DNA from: a virus
DNA: 64,000 nucleotides
Direction: 5' to 3' (one strand)
IMG/VR virus record: IMGVR_UViG_3300009059_000716
Span: 1 to 64,000 of that record
Shown piece by piece: positions 29,198 through 38,851 of the stretch. Both the position numbers and the translations under genes were made by a program. Every line of letters begins with the position of its first letter. The stretch's first letter is position 1. The notes under the pieces are model-generated. The model did no database searches and was not told the origin of the DNA. It was given only the letters and a program-made list of their open reading frames with translations.

Positions 29198-29500
29198 ATG
29201 AAAACAATTGGAATAATCCTTTTAATTTTAGTAGTAGTTGCCGGTGGTATTTTCGTAGCAACAAAATTCTTCAAAAAATTTAAAGACGAAGATAATGACG
29301 GTATTCCTGATGCTGTAGAGGATGCAGTAGAAGACGGGAAAGAAATCATTCAAGATGTTAAAGAAAGAGCAAAAAGAGTTAAAGAAGAACTCGGAGATGT
29401 TAAAGATGCAGCTAAAGAGGTAATCAATCAGGCTGGAGATGTAGTAGACGCTGCAAAGAAAAAACCAAGAAGAGGAAGAAAACCAAAACAAACCAAATAA
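29198..29500 (+). CDS. Membrane-anchored protein with DxDNDGIPD motif and basic tail
   Basis: N-term TM; DEDNDGIPD; KKKPRRGRKPK. Confidence 0.7.
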   Translation: MKTIGIILLILVVVAGGIFVATKFFKKFKDEDNDGIPDAVEDAVEDGKEIIQDVKERAKRVKEELGDVKDAAKEVINQAGDVVDAAKKKPRRGRKPKQTK

Positions 29501-29501
29501 T

Positions 29502-29726
29502 ATGAAATTTATTTTAATCGCCGTAGCTTTAGCAGCAGCAGCATTTTTTATTGCAAAGAAACTTAAAGCTAAAAAAGAAGAAGTAGTAGCGCCTGCTAAA
29601 AAGGTAACACCAAAAGCACCTACTAAAAAGAAAACTAACACTGTTAAACCAGCAGGAGGAGCATCTTTATCAGAATCAAATTCTAATGGAGATTATTATA
29701 GAAAGCCACGTAAGGCAAAGAAATAA
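29502..29726 (+). CDS. Membrane-anchored Lys-rich protein
   Basis: N-term hydrophobic helix, basic tail. Confidence 0.65.
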   Translation: MKFILIAVALAAAAFFIAKKLKAKKEEVVAPAKKVTPKAPTKKKTNTVKPAGGASLSESNSNGDYYRKPRKAKK

Positions 29727-29731
29727 TTAAT

Positions 29732-29959
29732 ATGCAACAAAATTTAAATGTCGACATCAATCAAACGACAGGGGTTACATGTGACGAGTGCGGAAACGGA
29801 TATTTCGAACAACAGCTCGTACTTAGAAAAGCATCAGGACTCCTTACAGGAACAGGTCAACCGGCCTACATCCCAATACCCGTTTTCGCTTGTACAAAAT
29901 GCGGATCCGTCAACGGAGAGTTCTTACCAAAGGAAATTAAAAGCCTCGATGGGAAATAA
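29732..29959 (+). CDS. Zn-ribbon protein
   Basis: CDECG..CTKCG. Confidence 0.75.
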   Translation: MQQNLNVDINQTTGVTCDECGNGYFEQQLVLRKASGLLTGTGQPAYIPIPVFACTKCGSVNGEFLPKEIKSLDGK

Positions 29960-30102
29960 TTACTCCGGATTACAGGAGGATATATACAATACGGAGGACG
30001 ATCTCTAGTAATAGATTTCGTTGTAGGAAGCGAGAGGGGGTGTAGGAACCCCCTTCCGCGTACAAAAAAGACTATTTATATAAAAGGAATGTTACACTTA
30101 AA

Positions 30103-30366
30103 ATGTTATTTATGTTAAATTATTTAAAACGTAAATGGATGGCTTTTAGAGATATGTTTAAGGATGAAAACGACATCAACGAAAAAAACGTAGTAGGTTT
30201 TGCATCATTTGCAGTGATGGTTGTATTTGCAATTGCAGATATAGTCTCAGGATTTCTGGGTAAAGATTTAGTAGTAAACGAATTTATTTATAATTCATTT
30301 GTCATAATTACTTTAGGATCATTTGGTATCGCTGAAGCAGGTAAGATATTTGGAAAAAAAGAATAA
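30103..30366 (+). CDS. Two-TM membrane protein, holin candidate
   Basis: Two hydrophobic helices, near endolysin candidate. Confidence 0.55.
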   Translation: MLFMLNYLKRKWMAFRDMFKDENDINEKNVVGFASFAVMVVFAIADIVSGFLGKDLVVNEFIYNSFVIITLGSFGIAEAGKIFGKKE

Positions 30367-30379
30367 ACAGTAACTACTA

Positions 30380-30586
30380 TTGAAAGACAGGATTGTAAAT
30401 ATACTAGCAATAGGTATTCTAATACTATTAGGTTTTATAGTAGTAGGAGATTTTGCAGTTGCATTAGAGGAAAATAGACCTATTGATGATTCTGTAATAC
30501 ACCTATTACAAATAACAATTACAGGACTTATAGGAATAATAGGAACATACTTCGGTATGAATAATAGTAATAATAATAAAAATTAA
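30380..30586 (+). CDS. Two-TM membrane protein, holin candidate
   Basis: Two helices, GIIGTYFG. Confidence 0.55.
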   Translation: MKDRIVNILAIGILILLGFIVVGDFAVALEENRPIDDSVIHLLQITITGLIGIIGTYFGMNNSNNNKN

Positions 30587-30600
30587 AAAAAAGAAAGATT

Positions 30601-31422
30601 ATGTCAAATTGGTTTAAAAAAGCTGCAAATAGTATTAAAAAAGAAACTACTAAAGCTGCTAACACGGTTGCAAAAGAAACTACTAAAGCTGCTAACACGG
30701 TTGCAAAAGAAACTACTGATGCAGCTAACACGGTTGCAAAAGAAACTACTAAAGTAGCCAATCAAGTAGCAAAGACAACTACAAACATCTATACTGATTC
30801 TAAAAAAGCAATAGTTCATACAACTAATGTAGTAGCTAAAAATACTGAAGAAGCAGCCAAACAAGGATTAGATGTAGCTTCTGATACCTGGAAAGAAGGA
30901 AGCAAACAGGCAATCGAATTTGCTAAAGATGGACTAGAAGTAGTAGAAGATGTGGCAGAAGATATTAAAGACGCAGCAGAAGATGCTGTTGAATGGTTAG
31001 ACCAAAATGCTTGTTACATTGGATTAAATATGGCATTAACAACTGGATGTGTAATGTATTTCACTCCTAAACCAGCACCAGCTGACCCTGGAACGGTAAC
31101 ATCAACAACTATCAGTGCAACAATGATAACAGCAATGTCCACCATGGGTCAAAAAGCAGCAATGGCGGCAGTATCAACAGTAATTGGTAACCTTTTAGCC
31201 GATGGAATATTCTTAATCCCAGGAGTAAAAGGAGCTTGCAATAAAAAATTACTTACAAAGGTACTTACGAATGTAGTAGGACAAGCAAACCCAATATATG
31301 CAACAGCAGCTTTATCCACACCGGCAGGTGTAGGTTTATTTGTAGGCTCAGTAGTATCTCCAATAGTAGCAACACTTATTTGTGAAGGAGTAGTACCAAA
31401 TGGATTTTCAAAACTAGACTAG
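30601..31422 (+). CDS. Protein with 11-mer amphipathic repeats and hydrophobic C-terminal domain
   Basis: (AANTVAKETTK)n, then Ala/Gly/Val-rich Cys-containing domain. Confidence 0.75.
   Translation: MSNWFKKAANSIKKETTKAANTVAKETTKAANTVAKETTDAANTVAKETTKVANQVAKTTTNIYTDSKKAIVHTTNVVAKNTEEAAKQGLDVASDTWKEGSKQAIEFAKDGLEVVEDVAEDIKDAAEDAVEWLDQNACYIGLNMALTTGCVMYFTPKPAPADPGTVTSTTISATMITAMSTMGQKAAMAAVSTVIGNLLADGIFLIPGVKGACNKKLLTKVLTNVVGQANPIYATAALSTPAGVGLFVGSVVSPIVATLICEGVVPNGFSKLD
30640..30760 (+). repeat. 33-bp coding tandem repeat, ~3.7 copies
   Basis: AAAGAAACTACTAAAGCTGCTAACACGGTTGCA units. Confidence 0.9.
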
Positions 31423-31434
31423 TAAAAGCAGATT

Positions 31435-32040
31435 ATGAAGTTTTCAGCAGAGAAAATAAAAAAAGCAGTTGAATCAAAAGGATATAAATTCTTCGAAGGA
31501 GGAAACTACAACCTTAATATTATAGGAGTTAGAAACTCAGACACTAAAGGTAAAGTTACTAATAGATTTGATGACTTAATTACAGTATCTTACCAAGTAG
31601 ACGGAGTACAGAAGTATCATGAATTCGATGCAACTACCGATCCAGGTTCTCATTGGGAAAGGAATTTACTTAATGAAGACGGAGTAGCAATACTATGCCC
31701 AGGTCAGTATAGAGGTTCCCATACTATTGGAATGCATCAAGGTAAATACGAGGCTCTAAAACAACAGAAACCTGTCAAAGTTTACCGAGATAATAACAAA
31801 GACGGTGATTATGATATGTTAGAAGAAAATATCAAAGAAGGTATTTTTGGAATCAACATTCATAGAGCTACAGCTAAAGAAGGAGGAAAGTCCACTCAAG
31901 TTGACAAATGGTCTGCAGGGTGTCAGGTAATAGCAGCAAATAGTGATTTTAAACTACTTATGGAATTAGCTCACAAAGCAGCAGACTTGTACGGTAAATC
32001 ATTTACCTATACGTTAATTGAATCAAAAGACATCTTATAG
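31435..32040 (+). CDS. Probable endolysin, L,D-transpeptidase-like His/Cys motif
   Basis: NIIGVR, TTDPG, GINIHRA..WSAGCQV; flanked by membrane genes. Confidence 0.6.
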   Translation: MKFSAEKIKKAVESKGYKFFEGGNYNLNIIGVRNSDTKGKVTNRFDDLITVSYQVDGVQKYHEFDATTDPGSHWERNLLNEDGVAILCPGQYRGSHTIGMHQGKYEALKQQKPVKVYRDNNKDGDYDMLEENIKEGIFGINIHRATAKEGGKSTQVDKWSAGCQVIAANSDFKLLMELAHKAADLYGKSFTYTLIESKDIL

Positions 32041-32075
32041 TTGTCTAATAGGAAATAAATACCTATCTTAAAGTT

Positions 32076-32462
32076 ATGAGCACAAGAAATACATTAATAT
32101 TAGGTCTAGCAGGTGTCGCTATATTCTATTTGTTATATAAACAAAAAGAGTTCGATACCTCTTCCTATCTTAATAAGATAGTAGATCTTGAGAAAAAAGT
32201 AGATTCGCTTCATAGTCAAAATAAAACACTTAATGTAGAACTAAAAACTTTAGAAGATGCATTAGCTAGGTATGACAAAGAAGTAGATAGTCTAGAAAAT
32301 AGTATAGTAATAATAAAAAGAAGAACGGATGAAAAACTACGTAATGTTAGTAGTCTTACTCTGTCTGAGCTTCAAAGCTTTTTCACAGAAAGATACAATT
32401 CAAGTAGTACGCCTACAGGAACCAATAGCCCGACTAGTGGTGAAGGATCTGATAATAGGTGA
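32076..32462 (+). CDS. TM + coiled-coil protein, spanin-like
   Basis: N-term TM, heptad region, overlaps next ORF. Confidence 0.5.
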   Translation: MSTRNTLILGLAGVAIFYLLYKQKEFDTSSYLNKIVDLEKKVDSLHSQNKTLNVELKTLEDALARYDKEVDSLENSIVIIKRRTDEKLRNVSSLTLSELQSFFTERYNSSSTPTGTNSPTSGEGSDNR

Positions 32463-32727
32463 TGGCTTACAGAAAGAACTTGCTGTATCTAGATTAGTTA
32501 TAGAAACACTAAAAACTAAATCCATTACTCAAGACAGCATTATATTTAATTTTAAATCTCAAGTACTTAATTTAAATTCAATATTAATTACTAAAGATGA
32601 GCAATTTAAGATACAAGAAAAACTTTCTAAAGACTTACAACAAGCTCTTAAGAAAGAGAAGTTTAAAAATAAGTTATTCTCAATAGGTACACCAGTCTTA
32701 ATTTTAGGCGCATTACTTTTGAAATAA
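32329..32727 (+). CDS. Exported coiled-coil protein with C-terminal TM, spanin-like partner
   Basis: Signal-like N-term, coiled coil, GTPVLILGALLLK; overlaps upstream gene in a different frame. Confidence 0.5.
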   Translation: MKNYVMLVVLLCLSFKAFSQKDTIQVVRLQEPIARLVVKDLIIGDGLQKELAVSRLVIETLKTKSITQDSIIFNFKSQVLNLNSILITKDEQFKIQEKLSKDLQQALKKEKFKNKLFSIGTPVLILGALLLK

Positions 32728-33899
32728 TGATTGAAACTATAAAAAGAAATACACTACCTACCATAATTGCGTTAGCAGCACTTTCAGTATCAGCATCAGC
32801 AGCATTTTATTCTGTTAGTGGACTAAGTAAATTATTTGCAGGAGCAGCATTAGAGGTAACAATAATGGCTGGTTCATTAGAGGTAGCTAAGCTTGTTATC
32901 GCTTCACTTCTTTACCAATACTGGGATACATTAAATAAGTACCTTAGAACCTATCTCTCCATTGCAGCCTTTGTACTAGTATTGATTACTAGTATGGGTA
33001 TATATGGATTTTTAAGTGCGGCATATCAAGACACATACAGGCAATTAACAGTTAAAGAGAATCAAACTGCATTCCTAACCCAAAAGAAAGATTTCTATGA
33101 AAAAGATGTTATCAGATATGATGGCGAACTTGAAAGAATCTCTAGCAATATTTCTACTCTCAGTAACGCAAAATCTACCGCAATCCAAATTAAGGACACA
33201 TCGGTGGTTGGAGGCGTTAGAACCACCATCTCTACTGCAGAGCTTAGACTTGCCCAGCAGCGTATCGGAGTTGAAGAGGAGAATAGAAAACAAGTACAAG
33301 CTAAAAGAGAAATAGCAGCAGATAGCTTACAAAAATACCAACTTCAGATATTAGATTTAGATAACAATACAGAAGTAGCCGGAGAATTAGGACCATTACA
33401 GTACCTTTCCGGACTTACAGGAGCTCCGATGGATAAGATTATAAACATCTTACTCCTTGTAATCATATTTGTATTTGATCCTTTAGCTATATCACTTGTA
33501 ATAGCAGCTAACTTCGCTTTTGATCAGGCCAAACCTAAATGGAACCTTTATGGAGAAATAGAAGATGATTTTAGTGAATGGGATGATTTAGATGAAGAAG
33601 AACCTAACGGAGATCTTAAAAGAGCTGCTGAAAAATATAAAGAAATTAGTAGAGATGAATTAGTATCCGAAGAAGAGATAATGGAAGACCTTGACCCTAA
33701 AGAAATAGAAGTCATAGATCCAGAAACCGTTACAGGAGAAGAAGAATGGAGAACATTGAATGAGGACGATACTGAAATAAAAGAAAAAAAAGTAACCCGT
33801 ATACTTCAAAAAACTCCTTCTAAAAGAAGAGTAGAATTCTCTGATGGCACCCAAGGATGGGTTGATAAAGGAGATGAGGATAAGATAATCTATATGTAA
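32727..33899 (+). CDS. Multi-TM membrane protein with coiled coil and acidic tail
   Basis: 3 N-term TMs, ELGPL.Y, IFVFDPLA. Confidence 0.75.
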   Translation: MIETIKRNTLPTIIALAALSVSASAAFYSVSGLSKLFAGAALEVTIMAGSLEVAKLVIASLLYQYWDTLNKYLRTYLSIAAFVLVLITSMGIYGFLSAAYQDTYRQLTVKENQTAFLTQKKDFYEKDVIRYDGELERISSNISTLSNAKSTAIQIKDTSVVGGVRTTISTAELRLAQQRIGVEEENRKQVQAKREIAADSLQKYQLQILDLDNNTEVAGELGPLQYLSGLTGAPMDKIINILLLVIIFVFDPLAISLVIAANFAFDQAKPKWNLYGEIEDDFSEWDDLDEEEPNGDLKRAAEKYKEISRDELVSEEEIMEDLDPKEIEVIDPETVTGEEEWRTLNEDDTEIKEKKVTRILQKTPSKRRVEFSDGTQGWVDKGDEDKIIYM

Positions 33900-33944
33900 T
33901 ATAACTTTACCAATATTTATTAATAAACATAAAACAATATAACA

Positions 33945-34208
33945 ATGAGTGAAGAATTAAACTTTGAAGAGCAGCCAATCTTTGTACCTCAAGAAGAAGT
34001 ACAGGAAATAGCTGAACAAACTCCTGAAGAAGCTCCTGCACCAGTAGAAGTTAAAAAAGTTAAAGAAGTAAAAAAATCAAACGAGGTGAAGGTAGTTAGA
34101 ATAGTTCAACACTTACCTAGTGGATATAGATTACTTTTAGAAGGAGGAGAAATTGTTAAAGTAAGAAAATCTCAGTTCATACAAGGACAGAAGACAGTAA
34201 AACTTTAA
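33945..34208 (+). CDS. Hypothetical protein
   Basis: ORF; C-terminal part resembles the C-terminus of the upstream gene (KVxRIxQ..PS). Confidence 0.7.
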   Translation: MSEELNFEEQPIFVPQEEVQEIAEQTPEEAPAPVEVKKVKEVKKSNEVKVVRIVQHLPSGYRLLLEGGEIVKVRKSQFIQGQKTVKL

Positions 34209-34231
34209 AACTTTTTTTAAACAAAATATGT

Positions 34232-34260
34232 AAAAGAGTTGTCTAACGACGACTCTTTTC
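34232..34260 (+). terminator. Terminator-like hairpin overlapping promoter
   Basis: AAAAGAGTTGTC-TAAC-GACGACTCTTTT. Confidence 0.65.
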
Positions 34261-34291
34261 TTATATTTATAGTATAGATAATTAATTAGTT

Positions 34292-34600
34292 ATGAGTAAA
34301 AATAGCGATATTTACGGAACATGGACAATGGACAGTACAGCAGGGACTGTAAAAACAGATAAGTATGTCCAATCAGTAAAAAAAGCATTTGAACAAAGAT
34401 CTCAAACTGGGATCAAAAAGTACAATACTACTTTAGAAAGAGAAGATCTAAACTTCCTTGATTGGTTACAGCATCTACAAGAAGAATTGATGGATGCTAC
34501 ATTGTATGTTGAACGATTAAAAACAAGTTATGCCGAAGAAGTTACCAAAGTTAGTAAAGGAAGTATGGGAAAGCAAACTAAAGCAGAGCCCAAAGAGTAA
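34292..34600 (+). CDS. MazG-like/all-alpha NTP-PPase-like small protein
   Basis: G.KKY.TTL.R.DL...WLQHLQEELMDA.LY. Confidence 0.6.
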   Translation: MSKNSDIYGTWTMDSTAGTVKTDKYVQSVKKAFEQRSQTGIKKYNTTLEREDLNFLDWLQHLQEELMDATLYVERLKTSYAEEVTKVSKGSMGKQTKAEPKE

Positions 34601-35468
34601 CAAACACATTTCCTACTCACAGTTAAATTCTTTCGCTTCTTGTCAAAAACAATGGTACTTACAGTACGTTAAGAAATTAGCTCCTTATGAAGGTTCCATT
34701 CATGCTATGTTTGGAACTGCAATGCATGAAACTATTCAGACTTGGTTGACAACTTTGTATTACGATAAAGTTAAAACTGCTAATGAGATGGACTTAGATG
34801 CTTTACTGTATGAGAATATGGTTAAAGCATATAAATCTACTAAAGCACAGAATAGCTTTCAGGAATTTACTTCATTAGAGGAAATGAATATGTTTTACTT
34901 AGACGGCAAACACATCTTAAACTTTTTAAAGAAAAAAAGAGGTGGGTACTTTAGTACTAAGGGAACTTATTTGGCCGGTGTAGAGACGCTACTATACCAA
35001 GAATTACGCCCTGGAGTACAGTTTAAAGGCTTCATCGATTTAGTATTTTATAGTGAAGTATTAGATGAATGGACAATCATTGATATTAAAACCTCCACTT
35101 CAGGATGGAATGATTACGCTAAGAAGGACGATAACAAGATTGCACAAATTCTACTCTATAAAGAGTTCTTTTCCAAGCAGTTTGATATTCCAATTGATAA
35201 AATAAATGTAGAGTACTTTATACTGAAACGTAAGGTACCAAAAGATGCTGAGTTTGCTGCAATGGAACGTAGAGTACAGCAATTTAGACCTCCGTCCGGA
35301 AAGATTAAAAGAGGTCAAGCAGTATCACTAATGAATAATTTTGTAGAGACAGCAGTCGATATAGATGGTGAGTATATTGATAAAGACTATCCAACTTCTC
35401 CTTCGAAAAGTACATGTATGTTTTGTGCTTTTAAGAAAATGAGGATATGTCCTGATGCTGTTTTATAA
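34530..35468 (+). CDS. PD-(D/E)XK nuclease (RecB/Cas4-like)
   Basis: SYSQ..C, FGTAMHE, GFIDLV, IDIKTS, Q..LY, CxxC..C. Confidence 0.88.
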   Translation: MPKKLPKLVKEVWESKLKQSPKSNKHISYSQLNSFASCQKQWYLQYVKKLAPYEGSIHAMFGTAMHETIQTWLTTLYYDKVKTANEMDLDALLYENMVKAYKSTKAQNSFQEFTSLEEMNMFYLDGKHILNFLKKKRGGYFSTKGTYLAGVETLLYQELRPGVQFKGFIDLVFYSEVLDEWTIIDIKTSTSGWNDYAKKDDNKIAQILLYKEFFSKQFDIPIDKINVEYFILKRKVPKDAEFAAMERRVQQFRPPSGKIKRGQAVSLMNNFVETAVDIDGEYIDKDYPTSPSKSTCMFCAFKKMRICPDAVL

Positions 35469-35501
35469 TTTATATATATTTATATATAGAACAATTTAGT
35501 T

Positions 35502-35684
35502 ATGAAACAAGACGAAAAACTTACCTCGGTAAAAATCACACAGCCATTATTTGATGAATTCAAGATGGCATCATTACAAAACAACTTTTCATTTAAAAAG
35601 CTTGCAGATCGTGCAATTTATCTTTATCTTACTGATAGAGACTTCCGTGAAAAAGTACACAAACAGAATAACATTAAACTTTAA
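35502..35684 (+). CDS. Small ribbon-helix-helix-like protein
   Basis: LTSVKI..LF.EFK..SF.KL.DRAI.LYL. Confidence 0.55.
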   Translation: MKQDEKLTSVKITQPLFDEFKMASLQNNFSFKKLADRAIYLYLTDRDFREKVHKQNNIKL

Positions 35685-35686
35685 TA

Positions 35687-37135
35687 ATGACTGACAAATT
35701 TGGTTATATCCCAAAAGACGAAAGAAAAAACGTCTTACTTTTATGTGATGATATTCGAATGCATTCCGGTATTGCTACTATGGCAAGAGAGTTTGTAGTT
35801 GGAACAGCACAACATTTTAATTGGTTTCAAGTAGGAGCAGCTTTACAGCATCCAGACGCAGGAAAGGTGTTTGACCTGTCAGAAGACATAAATAACCGTA
35901 CCGGTATAAAGGATGCTTCTGTAAAAGTAATGCCTAATAACGGCTATGGAGATGCTACATTGATTAGAAGGTTACTTAAACAAGAAAAACCAGATGCTAT
36001 CTTTATCTTTACGGATCCAAGATACTGGACATGGCTGTTTGAAATCGAAAGAGAGATTAGATCTCAAATTCCAATTATGTGGTTAAACATCTGGGATGAC
36101 TATCCTGCACCGATGTATAATAAAAGCTATTACGACTCAGTAGATGTCTTAATGGCAATCTCTAAACAAACTAAAAATATTAACGAATTAGTTTTAGGAG
36201 AAGAAGCTAAAAATAAACTCATTAAGTATGTACCTCATGGTATTAACAGTAACGACTTCTTTCCTATCACAAAAGATCATAAATTATATCCAGACTTAGT
36301 TAAGTTTAAACAAGATACTATTCCAAATAAGGATGTAGAGTTTGTAGTTTACTTTAACTCAAGAAACATTAACAGAAAGAGACCAGGAGACGTAATTCTA
36401 TCTTATAAATTCTTCTGTGACAGAATAGGAAAAGAAGCAGCTAAGAAATGTGCTTTAGTGATGCATACAGCAGCAGTAGATCAAAATGGAACTGATCTAA
36501 GAGCTGTAAAAGAAGCATTAACAGATCCAGAATATGTTAACATTTATTTCTCTCAGGCTAAGATTAATACAGCCCAGATGAATATGATGTACAACATGGC
36601 TGATGTTACTATGTTAATCTCATCTAATGAAGGATGGGGATTATCTTTGACAGAATCTATGATGGCAGGTACAATGATAGTTGGTGCTGTTACAGGAGGA
36701 ATGCAAGATCAAATGAGATTCGAAGACGGTAATGGTAACTGGGTTGATTTTAGTTCTGACTTTCCTTCCAATCATAGAGGTACAATTAAACAATGCGGAG
36801 ATTGGGTTGAACCAGTCTTCCCATCAAACATCTCATTAACAGGTTCACCTTCTACTCCATATATTTTTGACGACAGAGTTTCATCAGAAGATGTAGCCAT
36901 AGCTTTAGAGAAAGTATATAACTTATCTACAGAAGAGAGAATCAAAAACGGACTGAAAGGTAGAGAATGGGTTACTTCAGACGAATCTCAAATGTCAGCC
37001 GATACAATGTGTAAGAACATTATAGAGGTTATGGATGAAGGATTCAAAACATTTAAACCTAGACCAAGTTTTGAAATTCATAAAGCTGGTCCAAGACCAT
37101 TAAAGAAAGTTACACATAAATTAACAGGTTATTAA
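35687..37135 (+). CDS. Glycosyltransferase family 4 (GT-B)
   Basis: PHG, RN..RK, SSNEGWGLSLTE. Confidence 0.85.
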   Translation: MTDKFGYIPKDERKNVLLLCDDIRMHSGIATMAREFVVGTAQHFNWFQVGAALQHPDAGKVFDLSEDINNRTGIKDASVKVMPNNGYGDATLIRRLLKQEKPDAIFIFTDPRYWTWLFEIEREIRSQIPIMWLNIWDDYPAPMYNKSYYDSVDVLMAISKQTKNINELVLGEEAKNKLIKYVPHGINSNDFFPITKDHKLYPDLVKFKQDTIPNKDVEFVVYFNSRNINRKRPGDVILSYKFFCDRIGKEAAKKCALVMHTAAVDQNGTDLRAVKEALTDPEYVNIYFSQAKINTAQMNMMYNMADVTMLISSNEGWGLSLTESMMAGTMIVGAVTGGMQDQMRFEDGNGNWVDFSSDFPSNHRGTIKQCGDWVEPVFPSNISLTGSPSTPYIFDDRVSSEDVAIALEKVYNLSTEERIKNGLKGREWVTSDESQMSADTMCKNIIEVMDEGFKTFKPRPSFEIHKAGPRPLKKVTHKLTGY

Positions 37136-37136
37136 G

Positions 37137-38396
37137 ATGAGTAAACCATTAGCAGTAGTAAGCTGCCCTATAGACACATATTCAGGATACGGAGCAAGAG
37201 CAAGAGACTTTGTAAAAGCTTTGATCGATTTAGATAAGTACGACGTAAAGGTTTTATCTCAAAGATGGGGTAACACTAGATTTGGTTATTTAGAAGATCA
37301 TAATGAAGATGATTTAAGTTCTAGAATTATACCTAACATGACTGTTAAACCAGACTTATGGGTACAGATTACAGTACCGAATGAGTTTCAAAAAGTAGGT
37401 AAGTTTAACCTAGGAGTTACCGCTGGAATGGAAACTACATTAGTTCATAATACTTGGATTGAAGGATGTAATAGAATGGATCTAAACCTAGTATCATCAG
37501 AACATAGTAAAAAGACTTTTTTAGATACTGTGTATATTAAAGAGGATACTAAAACAAAACAACCTACTGGAGAATTAAGATTAACATCTCCTATGGAGGT
37601 TTTATTAGAAGGAGCTGATTTAACTAAATACTTTCCGACTACAAGTTCATTAGACTTATCTCCTATAAAAGAATCATTTTGTTTCTTATTTGTAGGTCAT
37701 TGGTTAAATGGTGACTTTGGTCAAGATAGAAAAAATGTAGGGTATATGATTAAATCTTTCTTAGAGACATTTAAGAATAAAAAAGATGCACCTGCTTTGA
37801 TTCTAAAGACTAGTCAAGTTACTACTTCTATTACGGATAGAGAAGCAGTATTAGATAAGATAGAACAAATTAGACAATCAGTTAAAGGTACCTTACCAAA
37901 CATCTATCTCTTCCATGGAGATGTAAGTGATTCGGAAATGAATGAACTTTACAATCATCCAAAAGTAAAAGCGATGATTTCGTTTACTAAAGGAGAAGGA
38001 TTTGGAAGACCGTTATTGGAATTCAGCCTTGTTAATAAACCTATCATAGCTTCAGGTTGGTCTGGACATGTAGACTTTTTAGATAAAGAATTTACAAACC
38101 TAGTAAGCGGGGAGTTAACACCAGTACATCCATCAGCAGCATCTAAGGATATGATACTTACCGAAGCTAAATGGTTTAGTGCAGATGAAGCAGCAGTAGG
38201 AAGAATTTTAAAAACAGTACACAAAGACTACAAAAAGTTCTTATCTTTATCTAAGAGACAAGGACATAAAAGTAGAACAGAGTTTAGTTACGAAAAGATG
38301 GTAGAAGTATTAGGTAGAACATTAGACCAATACGTTCCAGAATTTACTAAACAGATAGAATTAAATTTACCAAAATTAGATTTACCAAAATTATAG
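37137..38396 (+). CDS. Glycosyltransferase family 4 (GT-B)
   Basis: SGYG, RKN, GEGFGRPLLE, SGH.DF. Confidence 0.85.
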   Translation: MSKPLAVVSCPIDTYSGYGARARDFVKALIDLDKYDVKVLSQRWGNTRFGYLEDHNEDDLSSRIIPNMTVKPDLWVQITVPNEFQKVGKFNLGVTAGMETTLVHNTWIEGCNRMDLNLVSSEHSKKTFLDTVYIKEDTKTKQPTGELRLTSPMEVLLEGADLTKYFPTTSSLDLSPIKESFCFLFVGHWLNGDFGQDRKNVGYMIKSFLETFKNKKDAPALILKTSQVTTSITDREAVLDKIEQIRQSVKGTLPNIYLFHGDVSDSEMNELYNHPKVKAMISFTKGEGFGRPLLEFSLVNKPIIASGWSGHVDFLDKEFTNLVSGELTPVHPSAASKDMILTEAKWFSADEAAVGRILKTVHKDYKKFLSLSKRQGHKSRTEFSYEKMVEVLGRTLDQYVPEFTKQIELNLPKLDLPKL

Positions 38397-38398
38397 TT

Positions 38399-38851
38399 AT
38401 GAAAGATCAATTAGTAGACTGTAAACGATGCGGAGGAAACGCATGTTACGAACAGCACATAGACGAATCAACAACTACCTGGTTATGTATGGGGTGCGGG
38501 TTTACAACCTCAACTCTAATGAATGAAGGAGGAAAAGTAGTAGGGGACTTAATAGAAACTTCTCCAACTCTTTACAAAGATCTACTCTTCACAGACGATA
38601 CTAAAAAAGTATGGGCTCCAGCAACAATGACATTACCAGAAAAAGGAATGGTATTCTTAGATGGTACATCAGAAAAGGAATGGAAATGGGCTGCAGTAAA
38701 AGCTATTAAGATTACAGAGGAGGAAAGAAAAGTAAAAAACTTCCCTAACGATCAGACATATAAAATGGATATGGCTGGCATTAAACATTACGGTCAAAGA
38801 GAGTTTATGGATGCTTTAGAGTTAATTGGTTTCTACGAAATAGGAGAGTAA
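38399..38851 (+). CDS. Zn-ribbon hypothetical protein
   Basis: CKRCGG..CMGCG. Confidence 0.7.
   Translation: MKDQLVDCKRCGGNACYEQHIDESTTTWLCMGCGFTTSTLMNEGGKVVGDLIETSPTLYKDLLFTDDTKKVWAPATMTLPEKGMVFLDGTSEKEWKWAAVKAIKITEEERKVKNFPNDQTYKMDMAGIKHYGQREFMDALELIGFYEIGE

Noticed and set aside
30640-30760. 33-bp repeats as a CRISPR array
   Set aside because: No spacers, in-frame coding repeat, no cas operon.
34530-35468. Cas4 as evidence of a CRISPR system
   Set aside because: Stand-alone PD-(D/E)XK nuclease common in phages; no array or other cas genes.
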